DNA of 64,000 bases from an uncultured Eubacteriales bacterium (GCA_964445575.1 CAYULB010000003.1:12343-76342); one strand, 5' to 3'. Positions 36,533 to 45,594 are shown, counted from the first letter of the stretch. The notes: generated by a model from the sequence alone, not told the origin. Made by a program: numbers and translations.

Positions 36533-37026
36533 TTAGGGGGTAATTAGGGGGTCGCACCGTGCTATTTCAATTGCTTTAAAACAATCATGCGGACCGATAT
36601 GCCTATTTTTCAACAAGGACGATATCTTTTCCTGACCTCTTTGTTATATTCAAATACAAACTTTCGACCCACATCTTTCGACTCATCTTTCCCCAATTTT
36701 CCAGCACTATACAGCTGTCTTGACTTCTTTGCGCAGGTCCGTAAGCCTATTATTAGAAAGTTCTGTGCCTCTGCTGACAGTCTGTTCTATCCACAGCAAG
36801 GGCAATGCCGCTGATCTTATGGGGATCTCTCCTCAAATTGAGCATGATGAGATGGGATTGGTTTCCCTATTTATTTGAGTGCTTGAGTGACGGCATCGTC
36901 GACGGCTCCTGAAAAAGAGATAAAATCGGAAATTCGGCTTAATTTCTTCGATAGGTGGGTTGGTGAATGTTGTTGACTTTGATATCCGGATAAATCATAA
37001 TATGAACAAGATTTGACTGGGGAAAA

Positions 37027-37320
37027 ATGAGAAAGTTAAATGAAATTAAGAGAATCCTTGCTGAAAATAAACAGGAGATCATTAATAAATTTGCAGTAAA
37101 GGAAATGGGAATTTTTGGCTCTACTCTGACTGATGAACAATCAAAAGACAGTGATATTGATATTCTGGTGGAATTTTCCAGACCTGTGGGTTTTATCCAT
37201 TTTATGAGACTGGAGAATTATCTTTCTGATTTACTGAAGATAAAGGTGGATTTAGTTACCAAGGATGCTTTAAAACCCTATATTGGTAAAATAATTCTTG
37301 AGGAAGTGGTTTATGTCTGA
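37027..37320 (+). CDS. MntA-type minimal nucleotidyltransferase antitoxin
   Basis: GIFGSTLTDEQSKDSDIDILVEF nucleotidyltransferase fold motif (GS...D.D). 97 aa. Confidence 0.7.
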   Translation: MRKLNEIKRILAENKQEIINKFAVKEMGIFGSTLTDEQSKDSDIDILVEFSRPVGFIHFMRLENYLSDLLKIKVDLVTKDALKPYIGKIILEEVVYV

Positions 37321-37501
37321 TCAGAGGAAGAGAGAATTCCGCGACTATATCAATGATATTCTTGAAGCCACACATAATATCCATGAATTCACTCAGACTG
37401 AGGTCAGGAAAACCTTTCGTGAACTTTCTGTCAAACACAGGTATAAGAAAACTTCCTCCGTGGTCCTCAATAGAAAGATTTATCTCCTGTGGGAGAGATG
37501 A
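37298..37501 (+). CDS. HepT (DUF86/HEPN)-like toxin, probably truncated
   Basis: Overlaps MNT stop. N-terminus DYINDILEATHNIHEF is DUF86-like. Only 67 aa. R-x5-H-x-Y (RELSVKHRY) present but IGEA-like block absent. Confidence 0.3.
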   Translation: MRKWFMSDQRKREFRDYINDILEATHNIHEFTQTEVRKTFRELSVKHRYKKTSSVVLNRKIYLLWER

Positions 37502-37955
37502 CAATAATAAGAGTATTTCTTTAAAATCAATGATCCCTTTTCCTATCTGGCAGGGAAATGACTCTAATCCTTTAGAGTTTAAAAAAATTCCTCCATCTTT
37601 AATATGGGTTGACACAACCCAAGGAAGGATTCTTCTCACAGCTTGAATGAGTTCTTCGAGCATGGTAAGTAAATTCATGGTATCAAGACATATCCATAGG
37701 AATGTGCTGGGCTCCTCCCCATTCAATGTAAAGTTCTTTATCAGCCGCATAGTCAGCCAGTTCTTTTAAATAAGAATCACCCACTTGTTTATGGTCTTTA
37801 GAAGACAATCCAGAAAACTGAACTCCTTGGGCATGGTTCTCCACAGCCCATGTCAATGTTTCCATGGGAGTCAGCCCTAAAGGAAAAAGTCCATAATTGT
37901 CTATTCCTAATTTAAACTTCTTCTTTCTCTTTTCTTCACTCACTTTACTCACCAA
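37459..37955 (-). pseudogene. Xylose-isomerase-like TIM-barrel (sugar phosphate isomerase/epimerase) gene remnant, frameshifted and truncated
   Basis: Two overlapping ORFs: KLGIDNYGL...AVENHAQGVQF (N-terminus) and LWICLDTMNLL...VVSTHIKDG...GIIDFKEIL...SIEDHGG (C-terminal part). Middle missing. The 3' end runs antisense into the MNT/HepT genes. Confidence 0.55.
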
Positions 37956-38074
37956 TCATTGAATTATCCTTTTTTTTTATCTATAATAATTTATTATTAT
38001 AAAAATAAAAACATATTGGGGAAAAGCAAAGCAATCATTTAAAGACAAAACATCACATTTTATTCTGTGAGAAA

Positions 38075-39094
38075 ATGTTTGACAATTTCGTTAACCTTGC
38101 TCCGGATGCGGTTATCATGACTGATTTAAGAGGAATCATCATCAATGCCTCCCAGCAAGCACTTGAGCTCTTTGGCTATACACACAGAAATGAACTCATA
38201 GGAAAAAGCTTTTTTGATATGGTAGCCCCAGAATCCAAAGCAAAATCCATCATATACATGAATCAAACTTTAAAAAGGGGTGTTACAAAAAAACTGGAGT
38301 ACGCACTTCTCAAAAAAAACGGAAACCCCTTTACTGGAGAAATAAGCATCTCTGCTGTTGAAAGAAAAGACAATCAAAAAGTATTTGTGGCCATTATCAG
38401 GGATGTCACTGAACATAGGTCGGCTCAAAACCAGCTTAAAGAATCCATTAAAGAGAAAGAATATCTTCTTCAGGAAATCCACCACAGAGTGAAGAATAAC
38501 CTTCAAATCATATCCAGCATACTTGATATGAGCAGTATGAGGATCAACCATCCTCAGTCACAAAATCTTATCAAAGATGCCCAGTCAAAGATACAGACCA
38601 TGGCATTTATTCACTCTCAGCTTTATCGAAGTGAAAAATTTGATCAAATTAAAATGCATGACCATATTAAAGAATTAGTCAAATATCTCCAGGCTGTTTA
38701 TGCCAATAAAAAACAAATAACCTATCATTTAAATATTTCAGATGTGGACCTTCCTTTAACCCAAGCCATTCCCTGCGCTTTGGCTCTAAATGAGCTGATT
38801 TCCAATTCTTTTAAACACGCTTTTAACCAAAAAAAACAAGGAACCATTGAGGTGAGCATGAAAATTTCTGCAGGAACTGTTTTTTTAACCGTAAGAGATG
38901 ACGGAGTAGGAGTCAGTGATGAAATCAATATATACAAAACTCAAAGCCTGGGTATGAAATTGGTCCGCAATCTGGTCCAAAAACAGCTTAAAGGCAAATT
39001 TGAAATGATCAGGAAAAAATATACTGAATTTTATATTGAATTTCCTTCTTATTCACAGGAGGTCAGTTATGACAAATATCATGGTAGTGGATGA
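38075..39094 (+). CDS. PAS-domain sensor histidine kinase (HisKA_2-type)
   Basis: PAS region. EIHHRVKNNLQIISSIL H-box (HisKA_2). HATPase motifs (NELISNSFKHAF; DDGVG). Confidence 0.75.
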   Translation: MFDNFVNLAPDAVIMTDLRGIIINASQQALELFGYTHRNELIGKSFFDMVAPESKAKSIIYMNQTLKRGVTKKLEYALLKKNGNPFTGEISISAVERKDNQKVFVAIIRDVTEHRSAQNQLKESIKEKEYLLQEIHHRVKNNLQIISSILDMSSMRINHPQSQNLIKDAQSKIQTMAFIHSQLYRSEKFDQIKMHDHIKELVKYLQAVYANKKQITYHLNISDVDLPLTQAIPCALALNELISNSFKHAFNQKKQGTIEVSMKISAGTVFLTVRDDGVGVSDEINIYKTQSLGMKLVRNLVQKQLKGKFEMIRKKYTEFYIEFPSYSQEVSYDKYHGSG

Positions 39095-40448
39095 TGAAGC
39101 AACCATAACCACTCAGTTAGAAGAGCGTTTAACTTCTATGGGTTATAAAGTTGTCTCTACCGCTTCATCAGGAAAAGAAGCCATAAAAAAAGCAAGGGAA
39201 ACAAACCCTGACCTCATTCTCATGGATATTGTGATGCCTGGAAAGATAGACGGAATCAAAGCAGCAAAATCCATAAAAAAAGAATTCGACATTCCGGTTG
39301 TCTTTCTCACCGCTTATGGAGATGACCAATTTATACAAAGAGCTAAAACTGTTGAGCCGCTGGGATACATCATCAAACCCTACAATGTCAACGAATTAAA
39401 AGCAGCTATTGAAATCGCTGTATTCAATAAAAAAATATTCAATCAGATGAAAACCTCACAAAAACAATGGCGTACTCTTGCGGAAAACATCCATGAAGGA
39501 ATTATCCTGGCAGATCAAAAAAAGAGAATATTTTTCTGGAACAAAGGAGCTGAAAATATCTTTGGATACTCTCAAAAAGAGGTTCAAGGAAAACAGTTAG
39601 ATTTAATATTGTCAGAAGGAACCAAGAAAATATACCAATACATCATAAATCAGCTTATTTCATCCAGGAATCAGGAAATTTATGACCAGTGGGTCGAATT
39701 AGTGGGAGTCAAAAAAGACTGGAGCCGGTTTCCCATGGAAATCCTTTTAAAAGTCAAAGAATTAGAAAACAATACCTATTTTATTTGTATGGTCCGGGAT
39801 TTAACCAAACAGAAAAAAATAGAATCGCAAATGGAAACAAGAATAAAAGAAAAGGAAATCATCATTAAAGATTATCAGGACCGGATAAAGAACAACTTAT
39901 CCCTTATTTACAGACTCCTCAGTATGCAGCTTGACCTCATTAAATCAAAACATCTTATTTCTAAGGAAAAACACTACTGGCAGGACTTTGATACCTTTTT
40001 TTCCCCTGAAACTCAGGACAAGAAAAGTTCTACAGTAAATGTCTCCAAGTACATATCCAGCATCATAACCAGGCTTTTTAAATCTTATGAAGTTGATAGA
40101 AGCCAAATCACTCTCCATGTCAACATCGAAAAAATTTATTTGAATGTCAGAACTGCTGTACTGTGTGGACTGCTGGTGAGTGAACTGGTTTCCAATTCCA
40201 TAAAACACGCTTTTCCAGAAAAAAAAAGAGGAAATATCATTGTTTATCTCAGCAGTGAAGACCAAAGTAAATACACCTTAAAAGTGAAGGATAACGGGAT
40301 TGGTTTCCCAGACAATATAGATTTCAAAGAGCCAAAATCAAGAGGTCTTGAAATAGTTCATGATATCGCTTCCCAGCTCAAAGGAAAGATGCAGATTGAA
40401 CAAAAAGGAGGAACAGAAATTTCAGTAACCTTTATTTTAGAAGAGTAG
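39069..40448 (+). CDS. Hybrid REC-PAS-histidine kinase (HisKA_2-type)
   Basis: N-terminal receiver (MVVDDEA...LILMDIVMPGKIDG), PAS, RIKNNLSLIYRLL H-box, HATPase. GGAGG RBS supports start at MTNIM (39069), overlapping the upstream kinase by 26 nt. Confidence 0.75.
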   Translation: MTNIMVVDDEATITTQLEERLTSMGYKVVSTASSGKEAIKKARETNPDLILMDIVMPGKIDGIKAAKSIKKEFDIPVVFLTAYGDDQFIQRAKTVEPLGYIIKPYNVNELKAAIEIAVFNKKIFNQMKTSQKQWRTLAENIHEGIILADQKKRIFFWNKGAENIFGYSQKEVQGKQLDLILSEGTKKIYQYIINQLISSRNQEIYDQWVELVGVKKDWSRFPMEILLKVKELENNTYFICMVRDLTKQKKIESQMETRIKEKEIIIKDYQDRIKNNLSLIYRLLSMQLDLIKSKHLISKEKHYWQDFDTFFSPETQDKKSSTVNVSKYISSIITRLFKSYEVDRSQITLHVNIEKIYLNVRTAVLCGLLVSELVSNSIKHAFPEKKRGNIIVYLSSEDQSKYTLKVKDNGIGFPDNIDFKEPKSRGLEIVHDIASQLKGKMQIEQKGGTEISVTFILEE

Positions 40449-40788
40449 AGTCTTCTTTTAACTTTTCTTTCAGAATGCTTTCCAATCTCTCTTCAATGAG
40501 CATCTCTATCATTTCACTCAGAGCAATCTGAGCGGGAGAAACTTCAGCTTTTTCTGAAACAAAAAATTCAGATATATCGCATTCCAGTCCCCGGGCTATC
40601 TTATTCAATATTTCCCAGGTCGGATTCTTATACTTTCCTTTTTCAATATTACAGAGACTGGAAGCAGGAATTCCTGCTTTTTCTGCCAGTTCTTTCTGCA
40701 TCATAGGTTTATTCTCTTTTATGCTGCTTTTCTTGGATATTCTTATGCTGCGAATTTTTTTTCCTAAGTCTTTGAGTGTGAAAGCCAC
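40432..40788 (-). CDS. XRE-family HTH transcriptional regulator
   Basis: QKELAEKAGIPASSLCNIEKGK helix-turn-helix. 118 aa. Confidence 0.6.
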   Translation of the reverse strand: MAFTLKDLGKKIRSIRISKKSSIKENKPMMQKELAEKAGIPASSLCNIEKGKYKNPTWEILNKIARGLECDISEFFVSEKAEVSPAQIALSEMIEMLIEERLESILKEKLKEDSTLLK

Positions 40789-40929
40789 CTTATACCTTCT
40801 TTAAAAAAAATGAATTCAAGACAAATTAATACCACAAATAATTTTTTATTTCAAACTCATTTTTTTTAATCCTATTTTGAGATTTTTTTCAAAAGGATTT
40901 AAAAGAAAAAGAATAATTTATATAATTAC

Positions 40930-40958
40930 TTGACATTTAAATTAAATACTTATATTTT
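40930..40958 (+). promoter_or_regulatory. Candidate sigma-70 promoter (TTGACA-N17-TATTTT) for the ferredoxin/flavoprotein operon
   Basis: TTGACA at 40930-40935, 17-nt spacer, TATTTT at 40953-40958 (alternatively TATATT at 40951-40956). About 75 nt upstream of the 41034 ATG in an AT-rich region. Confidence 0.3.
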
Positions 40959-41033
40959 ATATGGGAGATTAATTATTTAAATGGGGAGTAATTTATCTTT
41001 CTAAAAATAAAACAAAACTAAAAAGGAGGGAGT

Positions 41034-41420
41034 ATGACTAAACTCACTATCGAAGAATTAAACAAACTGCGTAAAAAAGAGAAAGAAAAATCCCTTGTGA
41101 GCAAGGACGGTCCTTTTAATGTCAAAGTGACCGTCCATATGGGAACCTGCGGCATAGCAGCCGGAGCCAGGGACATTATGAAAGCATTCTTGGATGAAAT
41201 TGAAAAAACAAATGCTGAAAATATCTATATGACCACTTCCGGATGCGCCGGACTGTGCAGTCACGAACCCATGGCCACAATAGAATTTGCTGGAAAAATC
41301 CCTGTTAAATACATTGACCTGACTCCTGAAAAAGCAAAAAAGATCTTTAAGGACCATATTCTCGATCAAAAACCTGTTCAGGAGTATGCCCTGGGTGAAG
41401 GAAGCGAAAGGTCTATTTAG
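41034..41420 (+). CDS. Thioredoxin-like [2Fe-2S] ferredoxin (HndB/NuoE-like small subunit)
   Basis: VHMGTCGIAAGA...TSGCAGLCSHEP cysteine pattern of Trx-like 2Fe-2S ferredoxins. 128 aa. Confidence 0.65.
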   Translation: MTKLTIEELNKLRKKEKEKSLVSKDGPFNVKVTVHMGTCGIAAGARDIMKAFLDEIEKTNAENIYMTTSGCAGLCSHEPMATIEFAGKIPVKYIDLTPEKAKKIFKDHILDQKPVQEYALGEGSERSI

Positions 41421-41431
41421 AGGAGGAGAAA

Positions 41432-44400
41432 ATGAAGAACAAACATTATCGAATGAATTTGATAGTTTGCGGAGGCTCCGCATGTGTTTCTAATAATTCT
41501 TTCGGGATCAAAAAGGCTCTGGAAACTGAACTCAAGAAAAAGGGATTGGATAAAGAAATCACAGTGTCCACTTCTGGATGCAATGGTTTCTGTGATACCG
41601 GTCCCCTTCTCATAGTGAAGCCTGACAATATTTATTACAATCACTTAAAAATCAAAGACATCCCTTATCTGGTGGAAGAGCATTTCTTAAAAGGACGTCC
41701 TGTGAAAAAAATGATGTTCATCCCTCCGGCAGAAGAAAGCATTATGCCCAAAATGAGCGAATTGGATTTTTTTAAAAAGCAGATCCTAATTGTATTGCGG
41801 AACAGAGGCCTTATTGATGCAGAAAAAATAAACGATTATATAGCTAAGGACGGGTACATGGCTTTGACAAAAGCACTGACTCAAATGACTCCCGACGAAG
41901 TCATAAACGAGATAAAAAAGTCAGGATTAAGGGGAAGAGGAGGAGCTGGTTTTCCGACAGGATTGAAATGGGAGCTGGTCAAAAAAGCAGAGGGAGACAA
42001 AAAGTATCTCATTTGTAACGGCGATGAAGGAGACCCCGGGGCTTATATGGACCGAAGCATTATTGAATCAGATCCTCATTCAGTGATTGAAGGAATGCTT
42101 ATTGGGGCCAGAGCCATTGGCGCTGACCAAGGAATTGTTTATATCCGCAATGAATATCCTATTGCTCTTAAAAGAATGAGCACAGCTATCGAACAAGCTC
42201 GGGAATATGGTCTTTTAGGAAAAGATATATTGGGAACTGGTTTTGATTTTGATTTGAAAATCATACGGGGAGCCGGTGCTTTTGTCTGCGGCGAAGAAAC
42301 CTCTCTGATAGCCTCTATTGAAGGACGCTTAAGCGAACCCAGACCCAGACCGCCATTTCCAGCCCAGAGCGGACTCTATGGAAAGCCTACCAACATCAAC
42401 AATGTTGAGACCTGGGCTAATGTTCCTGTCATCATAAACCGGGGAGCGGACTGGTACTCATCCATTGGAACAGAATCCAGCAAGGGAACAAAAGTATTTT
42501 CAGTTGTGGGTAAAGTTAAAAATACCGGGCTGGTAGAAGTGCCCATGGGGACCACTTTAGGAGAAATCATATTTGATATCTGCGGAGGAATTGCTGATGA
42601 CAAAAAGTTTAAAGCCGTTCAAATCGGAGGCCCTTCAGGAGGATGTATCCCGGCTGAACTTCTCAATCTGCCGGTTGACTATGAAAGCCTGACCGATGCC
42701 GGGGCCATGATAGGATCGGGAGGAATGGTGGTCACTGATGAAAGCACCTGTATGGTCGACCTGGCTCATTTTTTTCTTGCTTTTATAAAAGATGAATCCT
42801 GCGGAAAATGTACCCCCTGCCGAGAAGGGATCCCCAAAATGCTGGAATATTTAAAAAGCATTAAGGAAGGCACTGCAGATATGAAAGTCCTTGATGACCT
42901 AGAAGCCCTCGCCTGGACCATAAAAGATTCATCTCTATGCGGACTTGGAAAAACAGCTCCCAATCCATTTCTCACCACTTACCGCTACTTTAAAAACGAG
43001 TACATTGATCATATTAAATACAAAAGATGTCCGGCAGGAGTATGCTTTCATCTTGTCTCAGCCCCCTGTCACCACACCTGTCCTATAGGAACAGAAGCAA
43101 GCTCCTATATTGCTCTCATGGCACAGGAAAAATTTGATGAAGCTCTTGAGGTCAACTATTGGGTCAATCCCTTACCCAGCGTATGTTCCAGGGTGTGTCA
43201 CCATCCCTGTGAGTCAAAGTGTAAAGCCGGTCTTTTTGACAAACCCATTGCCATAAGATCCTTAAAAAGGTTTATAACCGACTATGCAGCAAACAACGGC
43301 AAAAAACATAAAGTCAGCCCTTTAAAAAAGCAGCATGAAAAAGTAGCCATTGTGGGTTCAGGACCAGCAGGCCTGATGGCGGCATGGGAACTGGGGAAGA
43401 AAGGATATGATGTTACCATTTTTGAATCTGAATCCATCCCAGGCGGCATGCTTGCATGGGGAATTCCTGAGTACCGCCTTCCTAAGAAAGTTCTTTCTGC
43501 AGAAATAGATGCTATCCTTGATTTAGGAATAAATCTTAAAACCAACACTAAAGTCGGCAAGGACATCTCTATAAATGAGCTGTTCAATCAAGGATATAAA
43601 TCAGTCTTTATCGCTGCCGGAGCTCCTCAAAACATCAAACTGGGTATCCCCGGAGAAGATTCAGAAGGAGTCATAGACCCCATAAAATTTCTAAAGGAAT
43701 ATAATTTAAAGGACCAATCAAAAATCGGAAAGAAAGCAGTGGTAGTGGGCGGAGGAAACACAGCCCTGGATACAGCAAGAACAGCTCTCCGGCTGGGCTC
43801 AGAAGTGACTATTCTCTACCGAAGAAACAGAAATGAAATGCCTGCAAACATAGAAGAAATCGAAGAAACACTAGAAGAAGGAATAAAAATTCAATTTTTG
43901 ACCATTCCCATCAAAGCTCATTCCCAAAACGGCCGCCTCCATAAAATCACTTGTCAGAAGATGGAGCTCGGAAAATTCGACAAATCCGGAAGAAGAAAAC
44001 CTGAACCTCTAAAAGGAAGCGAATTTGACATCCCTGCTGACACCCTCATTCCCGCCATCGGCCAGAAGCCTGACTTGGCATTTTTAGAAGGAAACTCAGG
44101 ACTAAAGGTGACCTCCTGGAACACTCTGGAAGTCAACCCTGAAACCATGGAGACCAACAAACCTGGTGTGTTTGCCGGAGGAGATGTGGTCTCAGGTCCT
44201 GCCACAGTTCTGGAAGCCATGAAAGCAGGCCAAAAAGCAGCAGAATCTATCCACAGATATTTAAGAGGCCATTCTTTAACCCACGATTATCTTCCTACCA
44301 CATCGAAACTAGAAGTCCCTGCTGTTGAAGTCAGTGCTGAAGAGAGGGACTACGACCAAACCCGTCCCTTCTCCCCTAAACTGCCTCCTGAAGAACGCAT

Positions 44401-44509
44401 AAGGAATTTTAACGAAGTGGAACACAGCATGAGTAAAGACGCGGCGGTTAAAGAAGCCCAGAGATGTCTGAGATGTGACCTGGAAAGCCTAAGAATAAAA
44501 GGAGAGTAA
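41432..44509 (+). CDS. Fused NuoE-like [2Fe-2S] + NuoF-like (NADH/FMN/4Fe-4S) + 2x[4Fe-4S] + GltD-like FAD/NAD(P) oxidoreductase (1025 aa)
   Basis: CGGSAC...TSGCNGFCDTGP. GRGGAGFPTGLKWE (NuoF FMN/NADH). ESCGKCTPCREG. Rossmann VAIVGSGPAGLMAAWELGKKGYDVTIFE and VVVGGGNTALDTAR (GltD-like). Confidence 0.8.
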   Translation: MKNKHYRMNLIVCGGSACVSNNSFGIKKALETELKKKGLDKEITVSTSGCNGFCDTGPLLIVKPDNIYYNHLKIKDIPYLVEEHFLKGRPVKKMMFIPPAEESIMPKMSELDFFKKQILIVLRNRGLIDAEKINDYIAKDGYMALTKALTQMTPDEVINEIKKSGLRGRGGAGFPTGLKWELVKKAEGDKKYLICNGDEGDPGAYMDRSIIESDPHSVIEGMLIGARAIGADQGIVYIRNEYPIALKRMSTAIEQAREYGLLGKDILGTGFDFDLKIIRGAGAFVCGEETSLIASIEGRLSEPRPRPPFPAQSGLYGKPTNINNVETWANVPVIINRGADWYSSIGTESSKGTKVFSVVGKVKNTGLVEVPMGTTLGEIIFDICGGIADDKKFKAVQIGGPSGGCIPAELLNLPVDYESLTDAGAMIGSGGMVVTDESTCMVDLAHFFLAFIKDESCGKCTPCREGIPKMLEYLKSIKEGTADMKVLDDLEALAWTIKDSSLCGLGKTAPNPFLTTYRYFKNEYIDHIKYKRCPAGVCFHLVSAPCHHTCPIGTEASSYIALMAQEKFDEALEVNYWVNPLPSVCSRVCHHPCESKCKAGLFDKPIAIRSLKRFITDYAANNGKKHKVSPLKKQHEKVAIVGSGPAGLMAAWELGKKGYDVTIFESESIPGGMLAWGIPEYRLPKKVLSAEIDAILDLGINLKTNTKVGKDISINELFNQGYKSVFIAAGAPQNIKLGIPGEDSEGVIDPIKFLKEYNLKDQSKIGKKAVVVGGGNTALDTARTALRLGSEVTILYRRNRNEMPANIEEIEETLEEGIKIQFLTIPIKAHSQNGRLHKITCQKMELGKFDKSGRRKPEPLKGSEFDIPADTLIPAIGQKPDLAFLEGNSGLKVTSWNTLEVNPETMETNKPGVFAGGDVVSGPATVLEAMKAGQKAAESIHRYLRGHSLTHDYLPTTSKLEVPAVEVSAEERDYDQTRPFSPKLPPEERIRNFNEVEHSMSKDAAVKEAQRCLRCDLESLRIKGE

Positions 44510-44510
44510 A

Positions 44511-44756
44511 ATGCCTGGGAAAAAACTTTATATCGGTAATTTATACTGTCTTGCAGATAAAGAAAACCTTAGAAAACTTTTTTCCAAATATGGAAAAATT
44601 GTGAGCATAGATATGATTCAGGGAACCGGCTACGGTTATGTAGAGATGTCAAATGCTGCAGAAGCTACGGCGGCTATGAAAGGATTAGATGGCAAAGAAT
44701 TTCTTGAGCGAGTTATTAAAGTTAAATACGCTGACCATCCAATTTACCTTCAGTAG
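44511..44756 (+). CDS. RRM-domain RNA-binding protein
   Basis: RNP-2 LYIGNL and RNP-1-like GYGYVEM. 81 aa. Start 1 nt after the flavoprotein stop. Confidence 0.7.
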   Translation: MPGKKLYIGNLYCLADKENLRKLFSKYGKIVSIDMIQGTGYGYVEMSNAAEATAAMKGLDGKEFLERVIKVKYADHPIYLQ

Positions 44757-44802
44757 CTGACAAATCAGGATTATTCACATCTCCCTTTTCCATTTACTGC
44801 TG

Positions 44803-45570
44803 TCATTCATAAGGACGGGAAGCAACGCCCTTTATTTTCCATCCACTTGCCTGCTTTATCATACTCCAGTCATACCAGCCTTCAAACAATAACTTTCGGC
44901 TCCCTCCCACTCTGGGGAGCCCTGTTATTATTAAGGAAATGCTGACATCAGCGCTTTTTTCGTCTCTAAATAAAACATAAATATCAGAGATGCAGATGTT
45001 GACCCGGTCATAAGTTCGAGTCATCCACTCTGCATCCTCCTTAACCTCAGGATAAAATTCAGAAGTACTGTTCATTTTATAAAAGGAGAGGAGGCTGTTG
45101 CCTTCCAGCGCTTGTGCATATTCTGCAATTAGAGATCTGATCTTATCTTCCTCTTGTTCCAGATTGGATGCAGCGACTTCTGGCTTCTCAGGTTCTTTTT
45201 CCACCTGAGATTCTTCTCTCTTCTCTTCTTTCTCCCTGGTGACAGGTTTTTCTTCCTCCTCTTTTTTTGGCTTTTCTGTCTCCTGCAGTTCTTCAGTAAA
45301 CATCTGATTCAAATACCCCTCACCCAGTCCATATTGTTCTGAATTGAGTTTTACTTTATACCAGCCACCTGTCCTATCAATCACTTCAAAAACAGCCCCC
45401 AGAGGAGGAGAAGAGATAATCTTGCTCTGCACATTAGGTTCCACTCTAATACTTGAATTCTTTACAATAACCCGCACTTTCTTAACCTGGGCATAGGAAA
45501 CATCCGAGAAAAGAAGTCCAAAAATTATGATCAGTCCCCCTAAAACCTTAATGCCAGGAATAGCTTTCAT
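44803..45570 (-). CDS. Secreted SH3b-domain protein with E/K-rich linker and C-terminal NTF2-like domain paralogous to kinase C-terminus
   Basis: Signal peptide. SH3b-like VRVIVKNSSIRVEPN...GGWYKVKL. C-terminal ~100 aa, about half of aligned positions identical to the C-terminus of the 45595-47850 product. Confidence 0.5.
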   Translation of the reverse strand: MKAIPGIKVLGGLIIIFGLLFSDVSYAQVKKVRVIVKNSSIRVEPNVQSKIISSPPLGAVFEVIDRTGGWYKVKLNSEQYGLGEGYLNQMFTEELQETEKPKKEEEEKPVTREKEEKREESQVEKEPEKPEVAASNLEQEEDKIRSLIAEYAQALEGNSLLSFYKMNSTSEFYPEVKEDAEWMTRTYDRVNICISDIYVLFRDEKSADVSISLIITGLPRVGGSRKLLFEGWYDWSMIKQASGWKIKGVASRPYE

Positions 45571-45594
45571 GGTGCCTCCTTTAATCTTATTCCA

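Larger units (their letters stand above)
31777..36552. mobile_element. Compositionally distinct high-GC (~60%) genomic island in ~38% GC backbone, flanked by TA modules
   Basis: Abrupt GC rise at ~31.85 kb and fall at ~36.54 kb. GC-rich spurious antisense ORFs throughout. 3 cargo genes. No integrase or tRNA seen. Confidence 0.6.

Noticed and set aside
31750-36560. Possibility that the GC-rich segment is a metagenomic assembly chimera rather than a genomic island
   Set aside because: Genes are intact across both junctions, and the two island genes have AT-rich 5' ends grading into GC-rich bodies, which favours genuine integration. It cannot be fully excluded without read-level data, so it is kept as a caveat in the finding.
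36587-36814. 75-aa ORF in the 480-bp spacer after the island
   Set aside because: No RBS, no motif, and a low-complexity product, so it is probably non-coding.
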